64,000 nucleotides of DNA, taken from contig OZ296648.1 in the NCBI GenBank assembly GCA_965655095.1, positions 79,980,001-80,044,000 on the forward strand, given 5' to 3'. Below are positions 37,101-50,160 of this stretch, in pieces. The position numbers and the translations under genes were made by a program. A model generated the notes under the pieces. It searched no databases. It saw nothing but the letters and a program-made list of their open reading frames with translations, and was not told the DNA's origin. This DNA is from Haplodiscus bocki (Eukaryota). The number at the start of each line of letters is the position of its first letter. Position 1 is the stretch's first letter.

Positions 37101-37300
37101 AAATTTTTGACCGGAAACTGAAAATTTTTTGCCTATAGTCCAAGTTTCATCTGAAAAAAACCTGTTTTTCTACCAAAGATTTCATCAGAAATTTCATTTG
37201 TAACCGTATATTGCGTTTTTGATAACTTTGCCGAAAATTTACTGCCTAATTCTTGAAAACTTTAGCTCATTAAGCGAAAAAAAAACGGAAAAAAAGTTAA
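34150..37300 (+). repeat. Divergent satellite fringe: ~35-bp core separated by variable A/T-tract spacers
   Basis: About 20 degenerate copies of C(C/T)GGACACGTAGAATGCAGTTTTGACAACACTGCCGAAA (e.g. 34531, 34693, 35045, 35901, 36303, 36957, 37064) at ~90-230-bp spacing, with no ~900-bp periodicity. Confidence 0.85.
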
Positions 37301-40300
37301 CAAAAGCAACATAACATGGAGAGTCCCGTCGTAGACCTAGATTGCAGATTTGACAACTGTGTCCAGACTTCAGTGCCTAGTTTCGGAAAACTATAGCTCA
37401 AACTTTTAAGATAAAATAGAAAAAAAACGTTTTCAACAAAACAGATGCCCCGAACTGTACATTTGGAACAGCACATCGTAGTTTTTACAATCCTGCTGAA
37501 CTTTTCCCACATAAAAACCTAGAGTACTAAAAACAGTGGTTTTTAACAGTAAAAAGTTTTCCTGAAAATGTTCATATGGAGACGTGGAACGCAGTTTCGA
37601 CATTCCCGCTTTATATTTTCAACAAAAGTCTAAAAAAGAATCACTAAACGTGAAAGTTTTTTGGAATGGAAAACTACTCAGAAAAATAAAAGTACTCAAA
37701 TTGCTCCGCTGGACATGGTGAATGCACTTACAGCAACAGATACGACAAGCTGTCCAAGAAGTCCCCCGAAATTTTTGTTAAAAGTTGGCGAACACTGAAT
37801 AAATGGATCATTTTATCAAAAACGATTTTTCCCCCAAATTAATCCTCTGGAGTCGTCGGATGTGGTTTTGACAACACTGCTGAAAATTTGAATACACTTG
37901 GAGGATGATAAATTTCTCATTCGTTTTTTGTCCTGAAGTTGTTCCTCTGGACTTATGTAATGCAGATTTCGCAACAACATAGAAACTTTTTTGTCGAAAA
38001 TCCGATATTTTGTCGCGTTCAGTCCGAAAACTACTTCAAAAAACAAGTTATCACCGAATATATCATCAAGATAGTCATTTGGATTCGTAGATTGGGATTT
38101 TGAAATTTCTGCCGAGAGTTTCTAGCCAAGTTTTTGAAAATGTGAGCTCGTAAGGCAAAAGAGTAACTGGGAAAAAAGCAACAAAAGAAACATACCCTAG
38201 AATGTAGCTTCGGACTACCAGATTGCAGTTTTCTCAAAGGTGTCAAGAATTCAGTGCCATGTTCGGGGAAACTATGGCCTAAACTTTTAAAAGAAAATAG
38301 AAAAAAAACGTTTTCACCGAAAAAAAATATGCCTAATATTGTACCTCTGGACCAGTAGATTGTAGTTTTCACAACTTTGCCGAAAGTTTCCCGCGAAAAG
38401 TCCTAGAACACTAAACACATTAGTTTTTGTCAGTAAAAAAGTTTTCCTTAAAGTGTTCATATGGAGATGTGGACGAGATGTGGAAAGCAGTTTGGACATT
38501 CCCGCTTTAAATTTTCAACAATAGTCTAAAAAGGATCACCAAAGGTGAAAGTTTTTTGGCATGGAAAACTATTAGGAAAATTAAAAGTCCTTGAATTGCA
38601 CCGCTGGACATGGTGAATGCACTTACAGCAACAGATATGAGAAGCTGTCCAAGATGTCCCCCAAAATTTTTGTTAAAATCCGCAAGTCCTGAATAAATGC
38701 ATCATTTTATGAAAAACGAATTTTCCCCCCAAATTGATCCTCTAGAGTCGTCGGATGTGGTTTTGACAACACTGCTGAACATTTGAAAACACTTGGAGGA
38801 TGATAATTTTCTCATTCGTTTTTTGTCCTGAAGTTGTTCCTCTGGACTTATGTAATGCAGATTTCGCAACAACATAGAAACTTTTTTGTCGAAAATCCGA
38901 CATTTTGTCAAGACTAGTCCAGATACTGCTTCCAAAAAACAAGTCAACACAAAATAGATCATCAAGATAATCATTTGGATTGGTAGATTGCATTTATGAA
39001 ATTTCTGCCGAGATTTTCTTGCCAAACTTTTGAGAATGTTAGCTCGTCAGCCAAAAGAGTAATTGGAAAAAAACCAACAAGAGAAACATATCCTAGAATG
39101 TAGCTTCGGACTACCAAATTGCAGTTTTCGCAAAGGCGTCAAGATTTCAGTGCAATCTTCCGGGAAACTATGGCTCAAACCTTTGCAAAAAAATAGAAAA
39201 GACGTTTCCACTAAAACGTATGCCCTAAATTGTACGTCCGGATTGGTGGATTGCAGTTTTCACAAATCTGGCGAAAAGTTTCCGCCAAAAGTGCTACAAT
39301 ACTAATTACATTAGTTTCTCTCAGTAAAAAGTTTTCCTTAAAATGTTCATAAGGAAATGCGGAAAACGGTCTGGACATTTTTGCTACAAATTTTTAGACA
39401 AAGTCCAAAAACACACTGAGTCCGAAAACTTTTTGAGACGAGAAACTCTTCAGAGTAATGAAAGTCCCCAAAAGGCTCCGCCGGACTTGGTGAAAGCAAT
39501 TAGAGCAACATAACGGAGAATCTGATGAAAACTTCCGCCGAAATGTTTCACAAAATTCCGGAAATACTGAATAAATGCATCATTTTATCAAAAACTGCAT
39601 CGTTAAAAATCCGCAGGCACTGAATAAATGCATCGATTTATCAAAGAAAAAAAATCCCCTAAATTGTTTCTCCGGAGATGTAGAATGTGGTTTCCGAAAC
39701 ACTACTGAAAATCCAAACAAACTTGGATGATCATAATTTTCCTCATTAGTTTTTTTGCCTGAAAATGTTCATCTGGAATTATATAAGGCAGATTTTAAAA
39801 AAATAAAAAAATTTTTTTGTCAAAACTCCGACATTTTGTCGCGTTTAGTCCGAAAACTATTGCAAAAATCAAGTTATCACAAAATAGATAATCAAGATAA
39901 TCTTCTGGATTCGTAGATTGCAATTATGAAATTTTCGCCGAGACTCTCCAGACAAAATTTCAAAAATGTTAGCTTCTGCGGGCAGCAAGAGTAATTGGAA
40001 AGAAATTTACCAAATGAAACATCCTCCAGAAGGTATCTTCAGGCCGCTAGATTGCAGCTTGGCAACTGTGTTGAGATTCTAGTGCCAGGTTCCGGAAAAC
40101 CATGGCTCAGACGTTTACTGGAAAATCGGAAAAAAAGGTTTTCACTAAAACAGATGCCCTGAAATATACATTTAGACCGGTAGATTGTACTTTTCAAAAA
40201 CATGCTGAAACTTTCTCGTCAAAAGTCCTAGAGTAATAAAAACAGCAGTTTTTAACAGTAAAAAAAATTCCTTAGAATGTTCATATGGAGACGTGGAAAA

Positions 40301-43300
40301 CAGTTTGGACATTCTTGCTTTATATTTTCATTGAAAGTCTAAATAGAATCAGTAAATGTGAAAATTTTGCGGAATGGAAGAACTATTCAGAAAATTAAAA
40401 GTCCTCGAATTGATCCGCTGGACACGCTGAATGCACTTACAGCAACAGATACGAGAAGCTGTCCAAGAATTCCCCGGAAGTTTTTGTTAAAAGTCCGCAA
40501 GCACTGAATGAATGCAAGATTTCATCAAAAAAAAACAATTTTTCCCTCAAGTTGATCCTGTGGAGGAGTCGAGAGTGGTTTTGAGAAGACTGCTGAAAAT
40601 CCAAAGACACATAGGAGATGACAGTTTCTCTCATTTGTTATTTCTCTTGAAGTTGTACCTCTGGACTTATAGAATGCAGATTTCACAACAATGTGGGAAT
40701 TTTTTGTCGAAAGTCCAACATTTTGACGCGTTCAGTCCGAAAACTACTTCAAAAAACAAGTTATCACCGATTGTATCATCAAGATAGTCATTTGGATTCG
40801 TAGATTGGGATTTTGAAATTTCTGCCGAGAGTTTCTAGCCAAGTTTTTGAAAATGTGAGCTCGTAAGGCAAAAGAGTAATTGGAAAAAAAACCAACAAGA
40901 GAAACATACCCTAGAATGTAGCTTCGGACTACAAAATTGCAGTTTTCGCAAAGGCGTCAAGATTTCAGTGCCATCTTCCGGGAAACTATGGCTCAAACCG
41001 TTGCAAAAAAATAGAAAAGACGTTTCCACTAAAACGTATGCCCTAAATTGTACGTCCGGATTGGTGGATTGCAGTTTTCACAAATCTGGCGAAAAGTTTC
41101 CGCCAAAGTGCTACAATGCCAATTACAGTAGTTTCTCTCAGTAAAAAGTTTTCCTTAAAATGTTCATAAGGAAATGCGGAAAACGGTCTGGACATTTTTG
41201 CTAAAAATTTTCAGAAAAAGTCCAAAAATACACTGAGTCCGAAACCTTTTTGAGACGAGAAACTCTTCAGAGTAATGAAAGTCCCCAAAAGGCTCCGCCG
41301 GACATGGTGAATGCAATTAGAGCAACATAACGGAGAATCTGATGAAAACTTCCGCCGAAATGTTTGACGAAATTCCGGAAATACTGAATAAATGCATCAT
41401 TTTATCAAAAACTGCATCGTTAAAAATCCGCAGGTACTGAATAAATGCATCGCTTTATCAAAGAAAAGAAATCCCCTAAATTGATTCTCCAGAGATGTAG
41501 AATGTGGTTTCCGAAACACTTCTGAAAATCCAAACATACTTGGATGATCATAATTTTCCTCATTAGTTTTTTTGCCTGAAAATGTTCATCTGAACTTATA
41601 TAAGGCAGATTTTAAAAGATTATAGAAATTTTTTTGTCAAAACTCCGACATTTTGTCGCGTTTAGTCCGAAAACTATTACAAAAATCAAGTTATCACAAA
41701 ATAGATAATCAAGATAATCTTCTGGATTCGTAGATTGCAATTATGAAATTTTCGCCGAGACTCTCCAGACAAAATTTCAAAAATGTTAGCTTCTGCGGGC
41801 AGCAAGAGTAATTGGAAAGAAATTTGCCAAATGAAACATCCTCCAAAAGGTATCTTCAGGCCGCTAGATTGCAGCTTGGCAACTGTGTTGAGATTCTAGT
41901 GCCAGGTTCCGGAAAACCATGGCTCAGACGTTTACTGGAAAATTGGAAAAAACGTTTTCACTAAAACAGATGCCGTGAAATATACATTTAGACCGGTAGA
42001 TTGTACTTTTCAAAAACATGCTGAAATTTTCTCGTCAAAAGTCCTAGAGTAATAAAAACAGCAGTTTTTAACAGTAAAAAAAAATTCCTTAAAATGTTCA
42101 AATGGAGACGTGGAAAACAGTTTGGACATTCTTGCTTTATATTTTCATTGAAAGTCTAAATAGAATCAGTAAATGTGAAAATTTCGCGGAATGGAAGAAT
42201 TATTCAGAAAATTAAAAGTCCTCGAATTGATCCGCTGGACACGCTGAATGCACTTACAGCAACAGATACGAGAAGCTGTCCAAGAAGTCCCCCGAAGTTT
42301 TTGTTAAAAGTCCGCAAGCACTGAATAAATGCAAGATTTTATCAAAAAAAACCATTTTTCCCTCAAGTTGATCCTGTGGAGGCGTCGAGAGTGGTTTTGA
42401 GAAGACTGCTGAAAATCCAAAGACACATAGGGGATGACAGTTTCTCTCATTCGTTATTTCTCTTGAAGTTGTACCTCTGGACTTATAGAATGCAGATTTC
42501 ACAACAATGTGGGAATTTTTTGTCGAAAGTCCAACATTTTGTCGCGTTCAGTCCGAAAACTACTTCAAAAAACAAGTTATCACAAAACAGATAATCAAGA
42601 TAATCTTCTGGATTCGTAGATTGCAATTATGAGTTTTTCGCCGAGACTCTCCAGACAAAATTTCAAAAATGTTAGCTTCTGCGGGCAGCAAGAGTAATTG
42701 GAAAGAAATTTACCAAATGAAACATCCTCCAGAAGGTATCTTCACGCCGCTAGATTGCAGCTTGGCAACTGTGTTGAGATTCTAGTGCCAGGTTCCGGAA
42801 AACCATGGCTCAGACGTTTACTGGAAAATTGGAAAAAAAGGTTTTCACTAAAACACATGCCCTGAAATATACATTTAGACCGGTAGATTGTACTTTTCAA
42901 AAACATGCTGAAATTTTCTCGTCAAAAGTCCTAGAGTAATAAAAACAGCAGTTTTTAACAGTAAAAAAAAATTCCTTAAAATGTTCATATGGAGACGTGG
43001 AAAACAGTTTGGACATTCTTGCTTTATATTTTCATTGAAAGTCTAAATAGAATAAGTAAATGTGAAAAATTTGCGGAATGGAAGAACTATTCAGAAAATT
43101 AAAAGTCCTCGAATTGATCCGCTGGACACGCTGAATGCACTTACAGCAACAGATACGAGAAGCTGTCCAAGAAGTCCCCCGAAGTTTTTGTTAAAAGTCC
43201 GCAAGCACTGAATAAATGCAAGATTTTATCAAAAAAAAACCATTTTTCCCTCAAGTTGATCCTGTGGAGGCGTGGAGATTGGTTTTGAGAAGACTGCTGA

Positions 43301-46300
43301 AAATCCAAATACACATAGGTGATGACAGTTTTTCTCATTCGTTATTTCTCTTGAAGTTGTACCTCTGGATTTATATAATGCAGATTTCACAACAATGTGG
43401 GAATTTTTTGTCGAAAGTCCAACATTTTGTCGCGTTCAGTCCGAAAACTACTTCGAAAAACAAGTTATCACAGAATATATCATCAAGATAGTCATTTGGA
43501 TTCGTAGATTGGGATTTTGAAATTTCTGCCGAGAATTTCTAGCCAAGTTTTTGAAAATGTGAGCTCGTAAGGCAAAAGAGTAATTGGAAAAAAAACCAAC
43601 AAGAGAAACATACCCTAGAATGTAGCTTCGGACTACAAAATTGCAGTTTTCGCAAAGGCGTCAAGATTTCAGTGCCATCTTCCGGGAAACTATGGCTCAA
43701 ACCGTTGCAAAAAAATAGAAAAGACGTTTCCACTAAAACGTATGCCCTAAATTGTACGTCCGGATTGGTGGATTGCAGTTTTCACAAATCTGGCGAAAAG
43801 TTTCCGCCAAAGTGCTACAATGCCAATTACAGTAGTTTCTCTCAGTAAAAAGTTTTCCTTAAAATGTTCATAAGGAAATGCGGAAAACGGTCTGGACATT
43901 TTTGCTAAAAATTTTCAGACAATGTCCAAAAATACACTGAGTCCGAAACCTTTTTGAGACGAGAAACTCTTCAGAGTAATGAAAGTCCCCAAAAGGCTCC
44001 ACCGGACATGGTGAATGCAATTAGAGCAACATAACGGAGAATCTGATGAAAACTTCCGCCGAAATCTTTGACAAAATTCCGGAAATACTGAATAAATGCA
44101 TCATTTCATCAAAAACTACATCGTTAAAAATCCGCAGGTACTGAATAAATGCATCGCTTTATCAAAGAAAAAAAATCCCCTAAATTGATTCTCCGGAGAT
44201 GTAGATTGTGGTTTCCGAAACACTACTGAAAATCCAAACATACTTGGATGATCATAATTTTCCTCATTAGTTTTTTTGCCTGAAAATGTTCATCTGGACT
44301 TATATAAGGCAGATTTTAAAAGAATATAGAAATTTTTTTGTCAAAACTCCGACATTTTGTCGCGTTTAGTCCGAAAACTATTACAAAAATCAAGTTATCA
44401 CAAAATAGATAATCAAGATAATCTTCTGGATTCGTAGATTGCAATTATGAATTTTTCGCCGAGACTCTCCAGACAAATTTCCAAAAATGTTAGCTTCTGC
44501 GGGCAGCAAGAGTAATTGGAAAGAAAATTACTAAATGAAACATCCTCCAGAAGGTATCTTCAGGCCGCTAGATTGCAGCTTGGCAACTGTGTTGAGATTC
44601 TAGTGCCAGGTTCCGGAAAACCATGGCTCAGACGTTTACTGGAAAATTGGAAAAAAAGGATTTCACTAAAGCAGATGCCCTGAAATATACATTTAGACCG
44701 GTAGATTGTACTTTTCAAATACATGCTGAAATTTTCTCGTCAAAAGTCTGAGAGTAATAAAAACAGCAGTTTTTAACAGTGAAAAAATTTTCCTTAAAAT
44801 GTTCATATGGAGACGTGGAAAACAGTTTGGACATTCTTGCTTTATTTTTTCATTGAAAGTCTAAATAGAATCAGTAAATGTGAAAATTTCGCGGAATGGA
44901 AGAATTATTCAGAAAATTAAAAGTCCTCGAATTGATCCGCTGGACACGCTGAATGCACTTACAGCAACAGATACGAGAAGCTGTCCAAGAAGTCCCCCGA
45001 AGTTTTTGTTAAAAGTCCGCAAGTACTGAATAAATGCAAGATTTTATCAAAAAAAAACCATTTTTCCCTCAAGTTGATCCTGTGGAGGCGTGGAGAGTGG
45101 TTTTGAGAAGACTGCTGAAAATCCAAATACACATAGGTGATGACAGTTTTTCTCATTCGTTATTTCTCTTGAAGTTGTACCTCTGGATTTATATAATGCA
45201 GATTTCACAACAATGTGGGAATTTTTTGTCGAAAGTCCAACATTTTGACGCGTTCAGTCCGAAAACTACTTCAAAAAACAAGTTATCACCGATTGTATCA
45301 TCAAGATAGTCATTTGGATTCGTAGATTGGGATTTTGAAATTTCTGCCGAGAGTTTCTAGCCAAGTTTTTGAAAATGTGAGCTCGTAAGGCAAAAGAGTA
45401 ATTGGAAAAAAAACCAACAAGAGAAACATACCCTAGAATGTAGCTTCGGACTACCAAATTGCAGTTTTCGCATAGGCGTCAAGATTTCAGTGCCATCTTC
45501 CGGGAAACTATGGCTCAAACCTTTGCAAAAAAATAGAAAAGACGTTTCCACTAAAACGGATGCCCTAAATTGTACGTCCGGATTGGTGGATTGCAGTTTT
45601 CACAAATCTGGCGAAAAGTTTCCGCCAAAAGTGCTACAATACTAATTACATTAGTTTCTCTCAGTAAAAAGTTTTCCTTAAAATGTTCATAAGGAAATGC
45701 GGAAAACGGTCTGGACATTTTTGCTACAAATTTTTAGACAAAGTCCAAAAATACACTGAGTCCGAAACCTTTTTGAGACGAGAAACTCTTCAGAGTAATG
45801 AAAGTCCCCAAAAGGCTCCGCCGGACATGGTGAATGCAATTAGAGCAACATAACGGAGAATCTGATGAAAACTTCCGCCGAAATGTTTGACAAAATTCCG
45901 GAAATACTGAATAAATGCATCATTTTATCAAAAACTGCATCGTTAAAAATCCGCAGTTACTGAATAAATGCATCGCTTTATCAAAGAAAAAAAATCGCCT
46001 AAATTGATTCTCCGGAGATGTAGAATGTGGTTTCCGAAACACTACTGAAAATCCAAACATACTTGGATGATCATAATTTTCCTCATTAGTTTTTTTGCCT
46101 GAAAATGTTCATCTGGACTAATATAAGGCAGAATTTAAAAGAATATAGAATTTTTTTTGTCCAAACTCCGACATTTTGTCGCGTTTAGTCCGAAAACTAT
46201 TACAAAAATCAAGTTATCACAAAATAGATAATCAAGATAATCTTCTGGATTCGTAGATTGCAATTATGAATTTTTCGCCGAGACTCTCCAGACAAATTTC

Positions 46301-49300
46301 CAAAAATGTTAGCTTCTGCGGGCAGCAAGAGAAATTGGAAAGAAATTTACCAAATGAAACATCCTCCAGAAGGTATCTTCAGGCCGCTAGATTGCAGCTT
46401 GGCAACTGTGTTGAGATTCTAGTGCCAGGTTCCGGAAAACCATGGCTCAGACGTTTACTGGATAATTGGAAAAAAAGGTTTTCACTAAAACACATGCCCT
46501 GAAATATACATTTAGACCGGTAGATTGTACTTTTCAAAAACATGCTGAAATTTTCTCGTCAAAAGTCCTAGAGTAATAAAAACAGCAGTTTTTAACAGTA
46601 AAAAAAAATTCCTTAAAATGTTCATATGGAGACGTGGAAAACAGTTTGGACATTCTTGCTTTATATTTTCATTGAAAGTCTAAATAGAATCAGTAAATGT
46701 GAAAAATTTGCGGAATGGAAGAACTATTCAGAAAATTAAAAGTCCTCGAATTGATCCGCTGGACACGCTGAATGCACTTACAGCAACAGATACGAGAAGC
46801 TGTCCAAGAAGTCCCCCGAAGTTTTTGTTAAAAGTCCGCAAGTACTGAATAAATGCAAGATTTTATCAAAAAAAAACAATTTTTCCCTCAAGTTGATCCT
46901 GTGGAGGCGTCGAAAGGGGTTTTGAGAAGACTGCTGAAAATCCAAATACACATAGGAGATGACAGTTTTTCTCATTCGTTATTTCTCTTGAAGTTGTACC
47001 TCTGGACTTATATAATGCAGATTTCACAACAATGTGGGAATTTTTTGTCGAAAGTCCAACATTTGGTCGCGTTCAGTCCGAAAACTGCTTCAAAAAACAA
47101 GTTATCACCGAATATATCATCAAGATAGTCATTTGGATACGTAGATTGGGATTTTGAAATTTCTGCCGAGAGTTTCTAGCCAAGTTTTTGAAAATGTGAG
47201 CTCGTAAGGCAAAAGAGTAATTGGGAAAAAAGCAACAAAAAATCATACCCTATAATGTAGTTTTGGACTACCAGATTGCAGTTTTCTCAAAGGTGTCAAG
47301 AATTCAGTGCCATGTTCGGGAAAACTATGGCTTAAACTTTTAAAAGAAAATAGAAAAAAACGTTTTCACTGAAAGAAAATGCTTCTATTGTACCTCCGGA
47401 CCCGTAGATTGTATTTTTCACAAATTTGCCGAAAGTTTTCCGCGAAAAGTCCTAGAACACTAAACACATTAGTTTTTGTCAGTAAAAAGTTTTCCTTAAA
47501 GTGTTCATATGGAGATGTGGAAAGCAGTTTGGACATTCCCGCTTTAAATTTTCAACAATAGTCTAAAAAAGATCAATAAATGTGAAAGTTTTTTGGAATG
47601 GAAAACTATTAGGAAAATAAAAATCCTTGAATTGCACTGCTGGACATGGTGAGTGCACTTACAGCAACAGATATGAGAAGCTGTCCAAGATGTCGCCCAA
47701 AATATTTGTTAAAATGCGCAAGTCCTGAATAAATGCACCATTTTATGAAAAACGAAATTCCCCCCCCCAAATTGATCCTCTGGAGTCGTCGGATGTGGTT
47801 TTGACAACACTGCTGAACATTTGAAAACACTTGGAGGATGATAATTTTCTCATTCGTTTTTTGTCCTGAAGTTGTTCCTCTGGATTTATATAATGCAGAT
47901 TTCGCAACAACATAGAAACTTTTTTGTCGAAAATCCGACATTTTGTCAAGACTAGTCCAGATACTGCTTCCAAAAAACAAGTCAACACAAAATAGATCAT
48001 CAAGATAATCATTTGGATTGGTAGATTGCATTTATGAAATTTCTGCCGAGATTTTCTTGCCAAACTTTTGAGAATGTTAGCTCGTCAGCCAAAAGAGTAA
48101 TTGGAAAAAAACCAACAAGAGAAACATATCCTAGAATGTAGCTTCGGACTACCAAATTGCAGTTTTCGCAAAGGCGTCAAGATTTCAGTGCAATCTTCCG
48201 GGAAACTATGGCTCAAACCTTTGCAAAAAAATAGAAAAGACGTTTCCACTAAAACGTATGCCCTAAATTGTACGTCCGGATTGGTGGATTGCAGTTTTCA
48301 CAAATCTGGCGAAAAGTTTCCGCCAAAGTGCTACAATGCCAATTACAGTAGTTTCTCTCAGTAAAAAGTTTTCCTTAAAATGTTCATAAGGAAATGCGGA
48401 AAACGGTCTGGACATTTTTGCTAAAAATTTTCAGACAATGTCCAAAAATACACTGAGTCCGAAACCTTTTTGAGACGAGAAACTCTTCAGAGTAATGAAA
48501 GTCCCCAAAAGGCTCCACCGGACATGGTGAATGCAATTAGAGCAACATAACGGAGAATCTGATGAAAACTTCCGCCGAAATCTTTGACAAAATTCCGGAA
48601 ATACTGAATAAATGCATCATTTCATCAAAAACTACATCGTTAAAAATCCGCAGGTACTGAATAAATGCATCGCTTTATCAAAGAAAAAAAATCCCCTAAA
48701 TTGATTCTCCGGAGATGTAGATTGTGGTTTCCGAAACACTACTGAAAATCCAAACATACTTGGATGATCATAATTTTCCTCATTAGTTTTTTTGCCTGAA
48801 AATGTTCATCTGGACTTATATAAGGCAGATTTTAAAAGAATATAGAAATTTTTTTGTCAAAACTCCGACATTTTGTCGCGTTTAGTCCGAAAACTATTAC
48901 AAAAATCAAGTTATCACAAAATAGATAATCAAGATAATCTTCTGGATTCGTAGATTGCAATTATGAATTTTTCGCCGAGACTCTCCAGACAAATTTCCAA
49001 AAATGTTAGCTTCTGCGGGCAGCAAGAGTAATTGGAAAGAAAATTACTAAATGAAACATCCTCCAGAAGGTATCTTCAGGCCGCTAGATTGCAGCTTGGC
49101 AACTGTGTTGAGATTCTAGTGCCAGGTTCCGGAAAACCATGGCTCAGACGTTTACTGGAAAATTGGAAAAAAAGGTTTTCACTAAAACAGATGCCCTGAA
49201 ATATACATTTAGACCGGTAGATTGTACTTTTCAAAAACATGCTGAAATTTTCTCGTCAAAAGTCCTAGAGTAATAAAAACAGCAGTTTTTAACAGTAAAA

Positions 49301-50160
49301 AAAATTCCTTAAAATGTTCATATGGAGACGTGGAAAACAGTTTGGACATTCTTGCTTTATATTTTCATTGAAAGTCTAAATAGAATCAGTAAATGTGAAA
49401 ATTTCGCGGAATGGAAGAATTATTCAGAAAATTAAAAGTCCTCGAATTGATCCGCTGGACACGCTGAATGCACTTACAGCAACAGATACGAGAAGCTGTC
49501 CAAGAAGTCCCCCGAAGTTTTTGTTAAAAGTCCGCAAGCACTGAATAAATGCAAGATTTTATCAAAAAAAACCATTTTTCCCTCAAGTTGATCCTGTGGA
49601 GGCGTGGAGATTGGTTTTGAGAAGACTGCTGAAAATCCAAATACACATAGGTGATGACAGTTTTTCTCATTCGTTATTTCTCTTGAAGTTGTACCTCTGG
49701 ATTTATATAATGCAGATTTCACAACAATGTGGGAATTTTTTGTCGAAAGTCCAACATTTTGTCGCGTTCAGTCCGAAAACTACTTCGAAAAACAAGTTAT
49801 CACAGAATATATCATCAAGATAGTCATTTGGATTCGTAGATTGGGATTTTGAAATTTCTGCCGAGAGTTTCTAGCCAAGTTTTTGAAATTGTGAGCTCGT
49901 AATGCAAAAGAGTATTTCGGAAAATATATAACAAATGAAACATACCCTAGAATTTAGATTCGGACCGTTAGGTTGCAGTTTTGACAACTGTGTCGAAGTT
50001 TCAGTGCCACGTTCCGGAAAACTATGACTCAAACTTTTGGAAAAAATGGAACAAAATGTTTTCACTAAAACATATGCCCTAATAAGTACCTCCGGAGCGG
50101 TAGATTGTAGTTTTCTCAACAATGCCGAATTTTTTTAACTAAAAGTCCTACACTACTACT
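37300..50160 (+). repeat. Satellite domain 1: ~880-bp and ~937-bp monomers, mostly alternating (~1818-bp dimer)
   Basis: Anchor GGACA(T/C)G(G/C)TGAATGCA at 37711, 38606, 39483, 40420, 41300, 42237, 43124, 44004, 44942, 45823, 46761, 47642, 48520, 49457; repeated ORF translations offset by 1818-1819. Confidence 0.95.

Noticed and set aside
34150-37300. CRISPR-like array (~35-bp repeat with variable spacers)
   Set aside because: Repeats are highly degenerate, spacers vary widely in length and are low-complexity, the same core continues into a tandem satellite, there are no cas genes, and the context is eukaryotic.
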